Positions 44,477 through 52,121 of a stretch of DNA of 64,000 nucleotides are shown here, one piece after another. Positions within the stretch are counted from its first letter, which is position 1; every line of letters starts with the position of its first letter. A model generated the notes under the pieces. It ran no database searches. It worked only from the letters and a program-made list of their open reading frames with translations, and had not been told where the DNA came from. The DNA is from a virus: IMG/VR virus record IMGVR_UViG_3300042988_000771, positions 14,016-78,015 of that record; one strand, 5' to 3'. A program made the translations under genes and the position numbers.

Positions 44477-44789
44477 GCCCTACGTTCTTCCCGGCACTAC
44501 GACGGAGACGCTGGAACTGTGCGACTACTGCTTCCAGCAGCGAGAGCGTGAGACGCGTCTCAGCAAGCACACGGACGTCGCCATCTGCCGCGAGGAGAAC
44601 CTCATCGTGGAGGACGACTACGCCCACTACTTCTCGTCCTACACGCTGGAGACCTTGTGGTACTGCGATTACTGCGAGGAGATGAAGAACAGCGAGGACG
44701 TGTACGAGAAGGCCGTGGCGACCTGGTGCTGTCCGACCTGCCACGAGCAGTACGGCGACGAGTACGACGCAGCGAACTGCTGCGACTAA
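44469..44789 (+). CDS. Multi-CxxC Zn-ribbon protein
   Basis: CDYC, CDYC, CCPTC, CC. Confidence 0.6.
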   Translation: MAKPYVLPGTTTETLELCDYCFQQRERETRLSKHTDVAICREENLIVEDDYAHYFSSYTLETLWYCDYCEEMKNSEDVYEKAVATWCCPTCHEQYGDEYDAANCCD

Positions 44790-44809
44790 CCAACCGGGAA
44801 AGAGGGAGC

Positions 44810-45304
44810 ATGGAAGAAGTCAGGATGTACGACAGCTTCGAACAGATGCTGGCGGACATCGAACAGAACACCCAGATCGCCATCGCCAGCATGACTGACG
44901 AGCAGCGCGACCTGTGCGACGGCAACGAGCACTACGCGTTCTACCTCGATGCCGCAGACGGATCACTCGCCGTGGTCCACGTCCTGTCCCGCCAGCAGAT
45001 CCTGGATGGCAAGTACCCCGACGAGGTCGACCTCTGGTTCGACGACGAGGGGAAGGCCAGCCGGGGCTACCTGCCGTGTCGGACCTGGGACGCCGTGTAC
45101 TACGTGTGGCCTGACGATCCGGACCTGCACGACCGGCATGCGTCGATCCTCATGAAGTGCAGCAAGGAGGAGTTCGAGCACATGCGCGAGAACAAGTGTC
45201 TTTTCGCGCCCCTGTTGAACGACATGCACTACGTCAACCTGCTCAACAGGTACGTTGCCCTCCTCCACGAGAAGTACAGGAAGGAGCGCGATGCCAGGGC
45301 TTGA
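44810..45304 (+). CDS. Hypothetical protein
   Basis: AACCAACC...GAGGGAG start motif. Confidence 0.65.
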   Translation: MEEVRMYDSFEQMLADIEQNTQIAIASMTDEQRDLCDGNEHYAFYLDAADGSLAVVHVLSRQQILDGKYPDEVDLWFDDEGKASRGYLPCRTWDAVYYVWPDDPDLHDRHASILMKCSKEEFEHMRENKCLFAPLLNDMHYVNLLNRYVALLHEKYRKERDARA

Positions 45305-45866
45305 GAAGCAGGCAGTTGCCGCCATGGAAGGGGCGCGCGAGACCTACATGACCTTGGGGCACGACAACTTCGATCCCATGCTCCATGTCATCCAGAAGAA
45401 CGACGACCGCGACGTCATCATCCTGATGAAGGGTGTTCCCACGGGCTACCTCTACGAGGCGGTCCAGCGAGTGCTGTCGGAGATGGGACTTGATCCCGAG
45501 GCCATCTTCGTCATCAACGACGCCTACGGGGTCTACTACGGAGAGGAATCCACGCAGGAGCAGCGCGAGTACGAGGAGGCGCAGCTGGCTCTCGGAGGCA
45601 TGCGTACACCCCTGGGCGAGCGATTCGCCAAGGGTGATCCGTGGGTCCGGGAGATGCTCACGGTGACCGGGCTCTCGTCTACCGAGACGGTCCTGGTCAA
45701 TCAGATCTACCGGTGGACACCGGTAGACGGATGGGAGTGGAATGAGCCCAAGATCACCTCGGAGTCCACTACCGACTGGGTATGGGACAGGCTGGTCAAC
45801 GGCCAGCCCAAGCCCGAGATGACCGAGATGATCAACAGGGCTAAGGAGATCGGGGAGCAGGAGTGA
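45291..45866 (+). CDS. Hypothetical protein
   Basis: RBS AAGGAG. Confidence 0.65.
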   Translation: MPGLEKQAVAAMEGARETYMTLGHDNFDPMLHVIQKNDDRDVIILMKGVPTGYLYEAVQRVLSEMGLDPEAIFVINDAYGVYYGEESTQEQREYEEAQLALGGMRTPLGERFAKGDPWVREMLTVTGLSSTETVLVNQIYRWTPVDGWEWNEPKITSESTTDWVWDRLVNGQPKPEMTEMINRAKEIGEQE

Positions 45867-46096
45867 GCGTGTGGGTGGGGTTCTGGGTTCTTGGCGTTCT
45901 GGCTTTCGTGGCGAGCATCTGCTCGGCATACTGGTTCGGCAAGGACGCAGGGACACGTGAGGCCTACAAGTGGCGCACACGGTACGAGCATCAGCGGCGG
46001 GAGAACTCCCTTCTCCGGCAGACGATGAGCGCACCCTTCGAGTCCGCCTGGAACAACGTACGAGTCGTTCCAGACGAGTCCTACGACGCGTCGTAG
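45863..46096 (+). CDS. Single-TM protein
   Basis: N-terminal TM, GTGA coupling. Confidence 0.55.
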   Translation: MSVWVGFWVLGVLAFVASICSAYWFGKDAGTREAYKWRTRYEHQRRENSLLRQTMSAPFESAWNNVRVVPDESYDAS

Positions 46097-46165
46097 GCGC
46101 CCTTCGGGGCACGGCGGTTAGCGAAAGCGCCGCCACTCCTTGTAGTCGAAAGGAAGGACGAGCAT

Positions 46166-46489
46166 GTGTTTGACGCTCTGATGATGACAGCCGCTCTAGC
46201 ACTGCCCGCCAAGGACACAGCATCTCCTGCTGTGTCCTTTCTCAACTGCGTGATCGCGCATGAGAGTGGCGGGAATCCGCGGGCTGAGAATCCGACTAGC
46301 ACGGCTAGTGGGCTTTTTCAGTTCATCGACGGAACCTGGAGGCATTACGCCTCCAAGGTTCCCAGCGCTAGGAAGTACTACCACGCAGCGCACGCTCCTG
46401 CGAAGGTTCAATGGGAGGTCGCACTGCTGGCAGTCAAGTGGAACGGCCACGGGCATTGGCGTGGCACCAACTGCGGATATGGCACCTAG
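46166..46489 (+). CDS. Rpf-like / SLT lytic transglycosylase with putative signal peptide
   Basis: C...HESGGN..A.N....ASGLFQF...TW......A..A....Q..VA......G..HW...C. Confidence 0.85.
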   Translation: MFDALMMTAALALPAKDTASPAVSFLNCVIAHESGGNPRAENPTSTASGLFQFIDGTWRHYASKVPSARKYYHAAHAPAKVQWEVALLAVKWNGHGHWRGTNCGYGT

Positions 46490-46564
46490 GAACACGCAAC
46501 ACTGATCGCCCACAGGGAGGCCCCCGGTTCACGCCGGGGGCCTCTCGCTCATTGAGGGAGGAAC

Positions 46565-46993
46565 ATGTTCGGATCACGAGTCTGCACATCGACAGACCTG
46601 CTCTACATGGCCACCATGGCCGACAAGCACGAGTTCAACCGCAGGGTCGAAACAGAGAAGCTCGCTGCTCAGATCGACCACAACGGCATCAACATCATCG
46701 AGTGCATGATGATGTACCACCGCGCGTCCTTCGGGCCGACGCCCAAGGACAAGCCCATCTGGCCGGACCATCACCGCTGCTACGTCTACGCCAAGATCAA
46801 GGGCCAGGACGAGCCGGTCAACTTCTTCCTGGACGTGGAGGCGTCCTTCTGGGACCGCCTCAAGACCGTGGAGGAGTTGGAGGCGGCGATGGCCGACCCC
46901 ATCACGATGGGGATCGCCCGCGCACGACTGGCCTCCGTCGAGGAGCAGTTGATCCTGGACGGCGCATCGACCGTGGAGGACTCCGATGGCTGA
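46565..46993 (+). CDS. Hypothetical protein
   Basis: RBS GAGGGAGG after a hairpin. Confidence 0.65.
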   Translation: MFGSRVCTSTDLLYMATMADKHEFNRRVETEKLAAQIDHNGINIIECMMMYHRASFGPTPKDKPIWPDHHRCYVYAKIKGQDEPVNFFLDVEASFWDRLKTVEELEAAMADPITMGIARARLASVEEQLILDGASTVEDSDG

Positions 46994-47120
46994 GCACTAC
47001 CGCAAGGGCGTTACCTGCGAGCCGTGCTTGGACGGAGAGCACGCGACCACCGAGCACATCCTGGACAACGACGGCAAGTACGTGTCCACCGTGTGCCTGT
47101 GCTGTGAGGAGGAAGTATGA
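46986..47120 (+). CDS. 44-aa Cys-rich peptide
   Basis: CEPC...H...CLCC; coupled at both ends. Confidence 0.5.
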   Translation: MAEHYRKGVTCEPCLDGEHATTEHILDNDGKYVSTVCLCCEEEV

Positions 47121-47773
47121 GAAGCGAGGGCGAGTACGACCCCACGATGAACGTGGGACACATCATCACGGGACTGATGGACAAGATCAGCCAGCTCAAG
47201 GAGCAGCGCGACAACCTGGATGCTCGGGTGGCTTCTCTGGCAACGGAGAACGCCGACATACGCATCGAGTCAAACGACACGCTCAAGAGTCTGAGGGCGC
47301 AGGTCGATCAGCTGACCTACCGCAACGGCGTCCTGCACAACGAGATTCGCAATGAGCGTGAGCAGATCGGCAAACTGGAGGAGCATCTCCGCGCTTCTGA
47401 GAAGACCGCCAAGTACTGGGAGCAGGAGGCTGTTGCCCGCGCTCGTGCGGTCACTGACCTCATCAAGGCGAATCAGGAGTTGAAGGGCAACCCGCTCATT
47501 CAAGTAGACACGACGGCCCAGGCGAGGGTTGAGGAGCTGGAGGAAGAACTCCGTTCGGTTCAGTCTGACCGCGACTATTGGAAGACCTTGGCGCTGGAAC
47601 ATGGCGCGGCGCTTGCCGAACTGCGGGCCAAGGGACAGGCTCCTGTCTCTCATCCCGACGTCCTCTTGCAGCAGGCGCGCATTGACGACCTGCTCAAGGA
47701 CAACGAGGACCTGCGCCACAACATGCGCAACATCCGCGACAACGTCATGCGCTGGACTAACAAGTTCGTCTAA
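47117..47773 (+). CDS. Coiled-coil protein
   Basis: Long heptad repeats. Confidence 0.65.
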   Translation: MRSEGEYDPTMNVGHIITGLMDKISQLKEQRDNLDARVASLATENADIRIESNDTLKSLRAQVDQLTYRNGVLHNEIRNEREQIGKLEEHLRASEKTAKYWEQEAVARARAVTDLIKANQELKGNPLIQVDTTAQARVEELEEELRSVQSDRDYWKTLALEHGAALAELRAKGQAPVSHPDVLLQQARIDDLLKDNEDLRHNMRNIRDNVMRWTNKFV

Positions 47774-47792
47774 CCAACCGAAAGAGGGAGTC

Positions 47793-48638
47793 ATGAGTCA
47801 CTTCGTAGTGCTGGTCCTCGGGGGTACGCCCGAGACCATCGACGAGTACCTGGAGAAGACGCTGGAGCCGTACAACGAGAACACCCCGGTCGCGCCCTAC
47901 TGGGAGGAAGAGGCCACCAACGCCCAGGACCACTGGGCATGGAGCTACACCGAGGAGGCCGTGGTCCCCATCGCGACGATGGTGGAGTACGCCGAGTTCC
48001 TCAACAAGCGCTACTCGGAGGACGGGTACAAGTACCGCGTCCGCGATGGCGTGCTCCAGCGTCAGTCCACCTACAACCCTGAGTCCAAGTGGGACTGGTG
48101 GGTCGTCGGCGGTCGCTGGTCGAACATGCTGATGCTCAAGGACGGCAGGCACGTGGACGAGGCCTACATCCGCGACGTCGACTGGGTGGGCATGCGCGCC
48201 GTCGCCCGCAAGAAGGCCGAGGACGACTTCGACCTGATGTGGAACATCATCGGCAAGCGCACTCCGCTGGTCGCATGGAAGTCGTTCATGGCCAAGTACC
48301 CGAACGACATCGCCAAGGCTCGCGAGGAGTACAACGCGCAGGAGACCCTCAAGGTCCTGCGCAGCTCCAACGTCGCAGCGCCCGTCTTCGGATGCCCGGT
48401 GGAGACCTACCACCTGGACGCCCCCAATCCGAGGGAGTCCTTCGTCGAGGCCAGCGTCAACGCCATCCCCTGGTGCTACGCCGTCGTCAAGGACGGCAAG
48501 TGGGTCACCCAGGGGAGCATGGGCTGGTGGGGCATGTCGAAGGACGACATGACCGACGACGAGTGGAAGGCCATCGTCCGCAAGCTCATCGACGACAGCC
48601 CCGATGAGTACGTCACCGTCGTGGACTGCCACATCTGA
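47793..48638 (+). CDS. Conserved phage protein (NP.SKWDWW.VGGRW...VDCH type)
   Basis: MSHF.VLV, KWDWW.VGGRW, G.MGWWG, VDCHI motifs. Confidence 0.75.
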   Translation: MSHFVVLVLGGTPETIDEYLEKTLEPYNENTPVAPYWEEEATNAQDHWAWSYTEEAVVPIATMVEYAEFLNKRYSEDGYKYRVRDGVLQRQSTYNPESKWDWWVVGGRWSNMLMLKDGRHVDEAYIRDVDWVGMRAVARKKAEDDFDLMWNIIGKRTPLVAWKSFMAKYPNDIAKAREEYNAQETLKVLRSSNVAAPVFGCPVETYHLDAPNPRESFVEASVNAIPWCYAVVKDGKWVTQGSMGWWGMSKDDMTDDEWKAIVRKLIDDSPDEYVTVVDCHI

Positions 48639-48925
48639 TGGAGACGCGACTCAGCCCTGAGGCGAAGTGCAACAGGTGCGGGTATCCGATCGACACGGCC
48701 ACCGGGATCACAGGAAGGATTCCCGATCCCGGTGACCTGTCGGTCTGCATCGCCTGCGGCATGCCGGAGATGTTCATCATGTGCCCGACGGGGATGATCA
48801 CCCGCCCGTGCACGGAGGAGGAACTGACACAGGTCCTCACCGACGATGTGGCGGTCAAGCTGATCGCCATCATCGCTGTCAAGAGCGCCACCGATCCCGA
48901 CTGGCCGAAGGGACCAAGGGAATGA
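48638..48925 (+). CDS. Zn-ribbon protein
   Basis: C..CG...PGD.SVC..CG. Confidence 0.6.
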   Translation: METRLSPEAKCNRCGYPIDTATGITGRIPDPGDLSVCIACGMPEMFIMCPTGMITRPCTEEELTQVLTDDVAVKLIAIIAVKSATDPDWPKGPRE

Positions 48926-49170
48926 CATTCGACGACGACTTCATTCGCATCCCCATCTCAGTGATCGACCGGAGCATCAACGTCCCGCTGAAGATGTTGG
49001 GACTGGAGTGGCCTCCTCCCGAGGAGATCTCCTACTCAGGCTTGATCTACAAGCGCGAGCGCTACTCCGAGATCACCGACGAGCAGCGCAAGGACATGAC
49101 TCACGTCGTTCGCGGCGCGGAGTACTCCTACGTCGGGCTGGACCCCGACTACGTCAGAGGGCAGCAGTAA
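48922..49170 (+). CDS. Hypothetical protein
   Basis: ATGA coupling. Confidence 0.6.
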   Translation: MTFDDDFIRIPISVIDRSINVPLKMLGLEWPPPEEISYSGLIYKRERYSEITDEQRKDMTHVVRGAEYSYVGLDPDYVRGQQ

Positions 49171-49193
49171 CCAACCAACCGAAGAGAGGGAGC

Positions 49194-49616
49194 ATGGACG
49201 AACACTTCTGGAAAGACTGGGAGGAGGCCACGAACAAGTTCGTGGTCGTTGAGCATCGTGTGTGGGGTGTCCCCACCATGATGAACCGCTACCTGCACGC
49301 GGAGGCCGACACGGGCTCCAAGTACGAGGTGCTGGGAATGGACGCGCAGGCCGACTGGCGCTCGGTTGACGAGACGTACTTCATCACGGTGTCGCTGCCG
49401 TGGTGCGCGACGTGGACGTCGGCCTTCGGGTCGGTCATCTACCCCAACTACGCGATGGAGCACTGGCGCTCGCCCCGCAGGACGATGAACGAGATGCACG
49501 GCGGCGACGCAGCCGCCCTGACCATCGCGCTCAACATCATCTGCGGGCACAACCTGGAGCACGCAGTCTCCTTCGCCAAGTCGTTCATCGTTCCGGAGGC
49601 CAGCGATGCACAGTGA
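49194..49616 (+). CDS. Hypothetical protein
   Basis: AACCAACC start motif. Confidence 0.6.
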   Translation: MDEHFWKDWEEATNKFVVVEHRVWGVPTMMNRYLHAEADTGSKYEVLGMDAQADWRSVDETYFITVSLPWCATWTSAFGSVIYPNYAMEHWRSPRRTMNEMHGGDAAALTIALNIICGHNLEHAVSFAKSFIVPEASDAQ

Positions 49617-49914
49617 GTCGCATCCCCTGAAGGACAAGATCGTCCTTCTCAACTCCACCACCGAGGACCCCCTGAGGGGGCTGGTGGTGGAGGGAGCAGC
49701 CTTCGAGATTCTGGACTGGTGGGACCTGCTCACCGGCAAGTCCTGGATGGACTCGAACGGCAATCCCGCCTGCTTGCAGTACGCAGCGCGTTCGGGGCTC
49801 TCGCCCGCGAACATCCCCACGGACGACGAGGTCGTCTACGGGAAGATCCGCACCAAGGATGGGATTGGCCTCGGCCACCTCGTCCACGTCACGGAACTCG
49901 GAGAGGAGATCTGA
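49606..49914 (+). CDS. Hypothetical protein
   Basis: DWW....GKSW...GNPAC..YA.R...D.EV.YGK...LGHLVH. Confidence 0.65.
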   Translation: MHSESHPLKDKIVLLNSTTEDPLRGLVVEGAAFEILDWWDLLTGKSWMDSNGNPACLQYAARSGLSPANIPTDDEVVYGKIRTKDGIGLGHLVHVTELGEEI

Positions 49915-50126
49915 TGGGCTGGTGGAGCACGAACAAGGAAGGTCGGTCGTTCGCGGAGAACGACGGCCCGGAGATGCTGTGGGGCGACTCCGTCGCAGAC
50001 ATCATCGACGCAGCCATTGACGACGTCGTCAAGGTCTTCAAGGTGGACGTCGGCCGCGCCCCGACCAAGGACGAGTTGGTCGCGGGCTTCCGCTTCTCCA
50101 CCGCTGTCTACGGGGAGGACCGATGA
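49914..50126 (+). CDS. Hypothetical protein
   Basis: MGWW...WGD..AD. Confidence 0.6.
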   Translation: MGWWSTNKEGRSFAENDGPEMLWGDSVADIIDAAIDDVVKVFKVDVGRAPTKDELVAGFRFSTAVYGEDR

Positions 50127-50506
50127 CTGAGCCGGTCTACTTCAAGAGGGCAGACGTGGAGCGCCTGTGGAGCCACGGGGTGACGGTGTCCATCGCCAAG
50201 GACACCGGCGTCTACCTCATCTGCTGGGACGAGGAGAAGAACCCCACGGGCCCGCTGGACATGGCCTGTGGCTACCTCGGGGACGGGTTCTACCTGGACG
50301 AGAACGTCACGCCCAGGCAGGACTCCGCCAAGCACGCGGAGATCTGGGAGGCCTCGCGCTACGCAGTGGGCGGGGACGACTTCTGCGACGAGTTGGATGA
50401 CCCCTTGGTCACCATGCGCCCGCAGGACCTCTTCCTCGGCATCGAGGTCACGGAGGACGAGATCCGCATGCAGTGGACGTCCCTCAGCCTTCCGGGGGTC
50501 AAGTGA
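50123..50506 (+). CDS. DUF3085-like protein
   Basis: KD.GVYL...GGDDF.E/D pattern. Confidence 0.55.
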   Translation: MTEPVYFKRADVERLWSHGVTVSIAKDTGVYLICWDEEKNPTGPLDMACGYLGDGFYLDENVTPRQDSAKHAEIWEASRYAVGGDDFCDELDDPLVTMRPQDLFLGIEVTEDEIRMQWTSLSLPGVK

Positions 50507-50835
50507 TGGGCACTCTTGGCTTGTATAACCGCCATGGAGACCCCATCGGCATGGAGGTGTACCTCACCCTGCTGAGCGATTTCGACTACAAGATCGTTCA
50601 GCAGAATGCCCTTCCGAATGGGCGGTGGGTATCCACTGTCTGGCTCGGGTTGGACCACAGCCACTCACTGGGCGGCCCGCCGCTGATCTTCGAGACGATG
50701 GTCTTCCCGAGCAGGGACAACTTCGCCGAAATATGGTGCGAGCGGTACGCCACTCTGGAGGATGCACGGGAGGGCCACGAGCGCCTCCTGCTTGCCGCTG
50801 GAAGCGACCAGTGGCATGGGTACGACGATGAGTAA
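50506..50835 (+). CDS. Hypothetical protein
   Basis: VSTVWLGLDH.....P.IFETMVF...RY.T..DA..GH motif. Confidence 0.65.
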   Translation: MGTLGLYNRHGDPIGMEVYLTLLSDFDYKIVQQNALPNGRWVSTVWLGLDHSHSLGGPPLIFETMVFPSRDNFAEIWCERYATLEDAREGHERLLLAAGSDQWHGYDDE

Positions 50836-51139
50836 GCGGTCGCTGCCGGTCGTCCTGGAGTTCAAGCACCAGGACGACCACCCGCTCGTCAAGATCTTCC
50901 ACGAGATCCCTGCTGAGGCACAGCAGGAGGCGATGCTGGCGGTCTTCGACAGCGTTCTGGAGGCCGTCAACATGAACGGCTCCTGGTGCACGCTGACCCG
51001 CGGTCACCAGACCGACTGCGGGAAGTACTGCCCCTACCCCGACACCGAGTGGAAGCACGAGGGCTCGCCTTTGCCCAAGTGCCGCGGCGGGGACTGCACG
51101 CTGTGCGACGAGTTGGAGTGCACCTGTGGCCTCGGATGA
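50828..51139 (+). CDS. Cys-rich hypothetical protein
   Basis: Multiple Cys. Confidence 0.5.
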   Translation: MSKRSLPVVLEFKHQDDHPLVKIFHEIPAEAQQEAMLAVFDSVLEAVNMNGSWCTLTRGHQTDCGKYCPYPDTEWKHEGSPLPKCRGGDCTLCDELECTCGLG

Positions 51140-51263
51140 GCGCAAGCACAAGTGCGGCTGGTGCATCACCAACGACCACGCCAAATGCAAGGTCGTCACC
51201 GTCTACTACGACAAGGAATGGCGCTGCGAGTGCGGCTGCCAGAAACCAAAGAGGGAGGGCTAG
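51126..51263 (+). CDS. 45-aa Cys-rich peptide
   Basis: CGWC...H..C.......CECGC (manual translation). Confidence 0.5.
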   Translation: MASDERKHKCGWCITNDHAKCKVVTVYYDKEWRCECGCQKPKREG

Positions 51264-51431
51264 GAGAAGGAGATGTGAGCAGGTCCGTGTGGGAGACACG
51301 ATCCCACTCGCCGAGCAGCAAGCCCGTCAAGAACGGAAAGGGGACGGGTGAGGGGCTCAAGGTAATCGGCAGCAGCAACTGCTGGTGCGGAAAGAATCGG
51401 GGCCACGACGGCCCACACACCAAGGAGGGGC

Positions 51432-51782
51432 ATGGCAACAAAGGCACAGCTTGAGGCCGAGGTGAAGTCACTTCGCCGCAAGGCAGCGGAGTTCGACCTC
51501 TACAAGGCCAAGGTCCGCGACAAGGCCATTGAGGTGGCCAACGAGCAGGAGTGGTGCCGGGATGGGCTGAACGAGGCATTGGAGGACCTGGGGCTGACCA
51601 AGGTCCCCACCTACATGCGTCGGACGGCGGTCATCTCCGTCACCTACACCTACGACCCCACCAGCGATGAAGACGCTGGTGGGGAGATCTCGCATCTCGT
51701 CATCGGAGCCAATCGCTTCACCGATTACGAGATCGAGGCGTGGGACGCGAACCACGAGGAGCCGGAGGAGGTCTTCGAGTGA
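51432..51782 (+). CDS. Hypothetical protein
   Basis: RBS AAGGAGG; WC..G..E.L..LGL motif. Confidence 0.65.
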   Translation: MATKAQLEAEVKSLRRKAAEFDLYKAKVRDKAIEVANEQEWCRDGLNEALEDLGLTKVPTYMRRTAVISVTYTYDPTSDEDAGGEISHLVIGANRFTDYEIEAWDANHEEPEEVFE

Positions 51783-52042
51783 CGGAGCAGTGCTACTTCT
51801 GCTCCGAGCCCATCGAAGCCTCTCAGGAGGTCGCTGAGGGCCGCTTCTTCGACGCCTATGGCAACGAGCGCCGTAACCACCGCGAATGCGCCCTGAGGGC
51901 TGTGGTGGGCGGGATCGGGCATCTGACGGACCACATCCTGTGGTGCGTCGTCCGTGACGATCCCGACGCTGGTCGCACGTGGCGTCAGTCCTCGCTGGAG
52001 GTAGACGCGTGGGTGCGTGAGCACGGGTGGCCAAGTGCATGA
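51779..52042 (+). CDS. Zn-binding hypothetical protein
   Basis: C.FC.E.I...H.EC..R.V.G. Confidence 0.6.
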   Translation: MTEQCYFCSEPIEASQEVAEGRFFDAYGNERRNHRECALRAVVGGIGHLTDHILWCVVRDDPDAGRTWRQSSLEVDAWVREHGWPSA

Positions 52043-52048
52043 CGGCCA

Positions 52049-52095
52049 GGGGCCGAGTCCTTCGGGGCTCGGCCCCGCGGTCGCCCTATTTTTTT
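52049..52095 (+). terminator. Terminator at the convergence of the early arm and tape measure gene
   Basis: GGGGCCGAGTCC-TTCG-GGGCTCGGCCCC ... T-tract. Confidence 0.75.
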
Positions 52096-52121
52096 GCCCA
52101 CTCATGCCCGAAATGTGGCTT

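Noticed and set aside
46090-46165. c-di-AMP (ydaO) riboswitch upstream of the rpf-like gene
   Set aside because: Too short and lacks the conserved GGGGGACCC and CCCGA..CCG.CAG.T segments
45423-46185. Other CTGATGA occurrences as hammerheads
   Set aside because: Inside coding sequence, without the matching GAAA and stems
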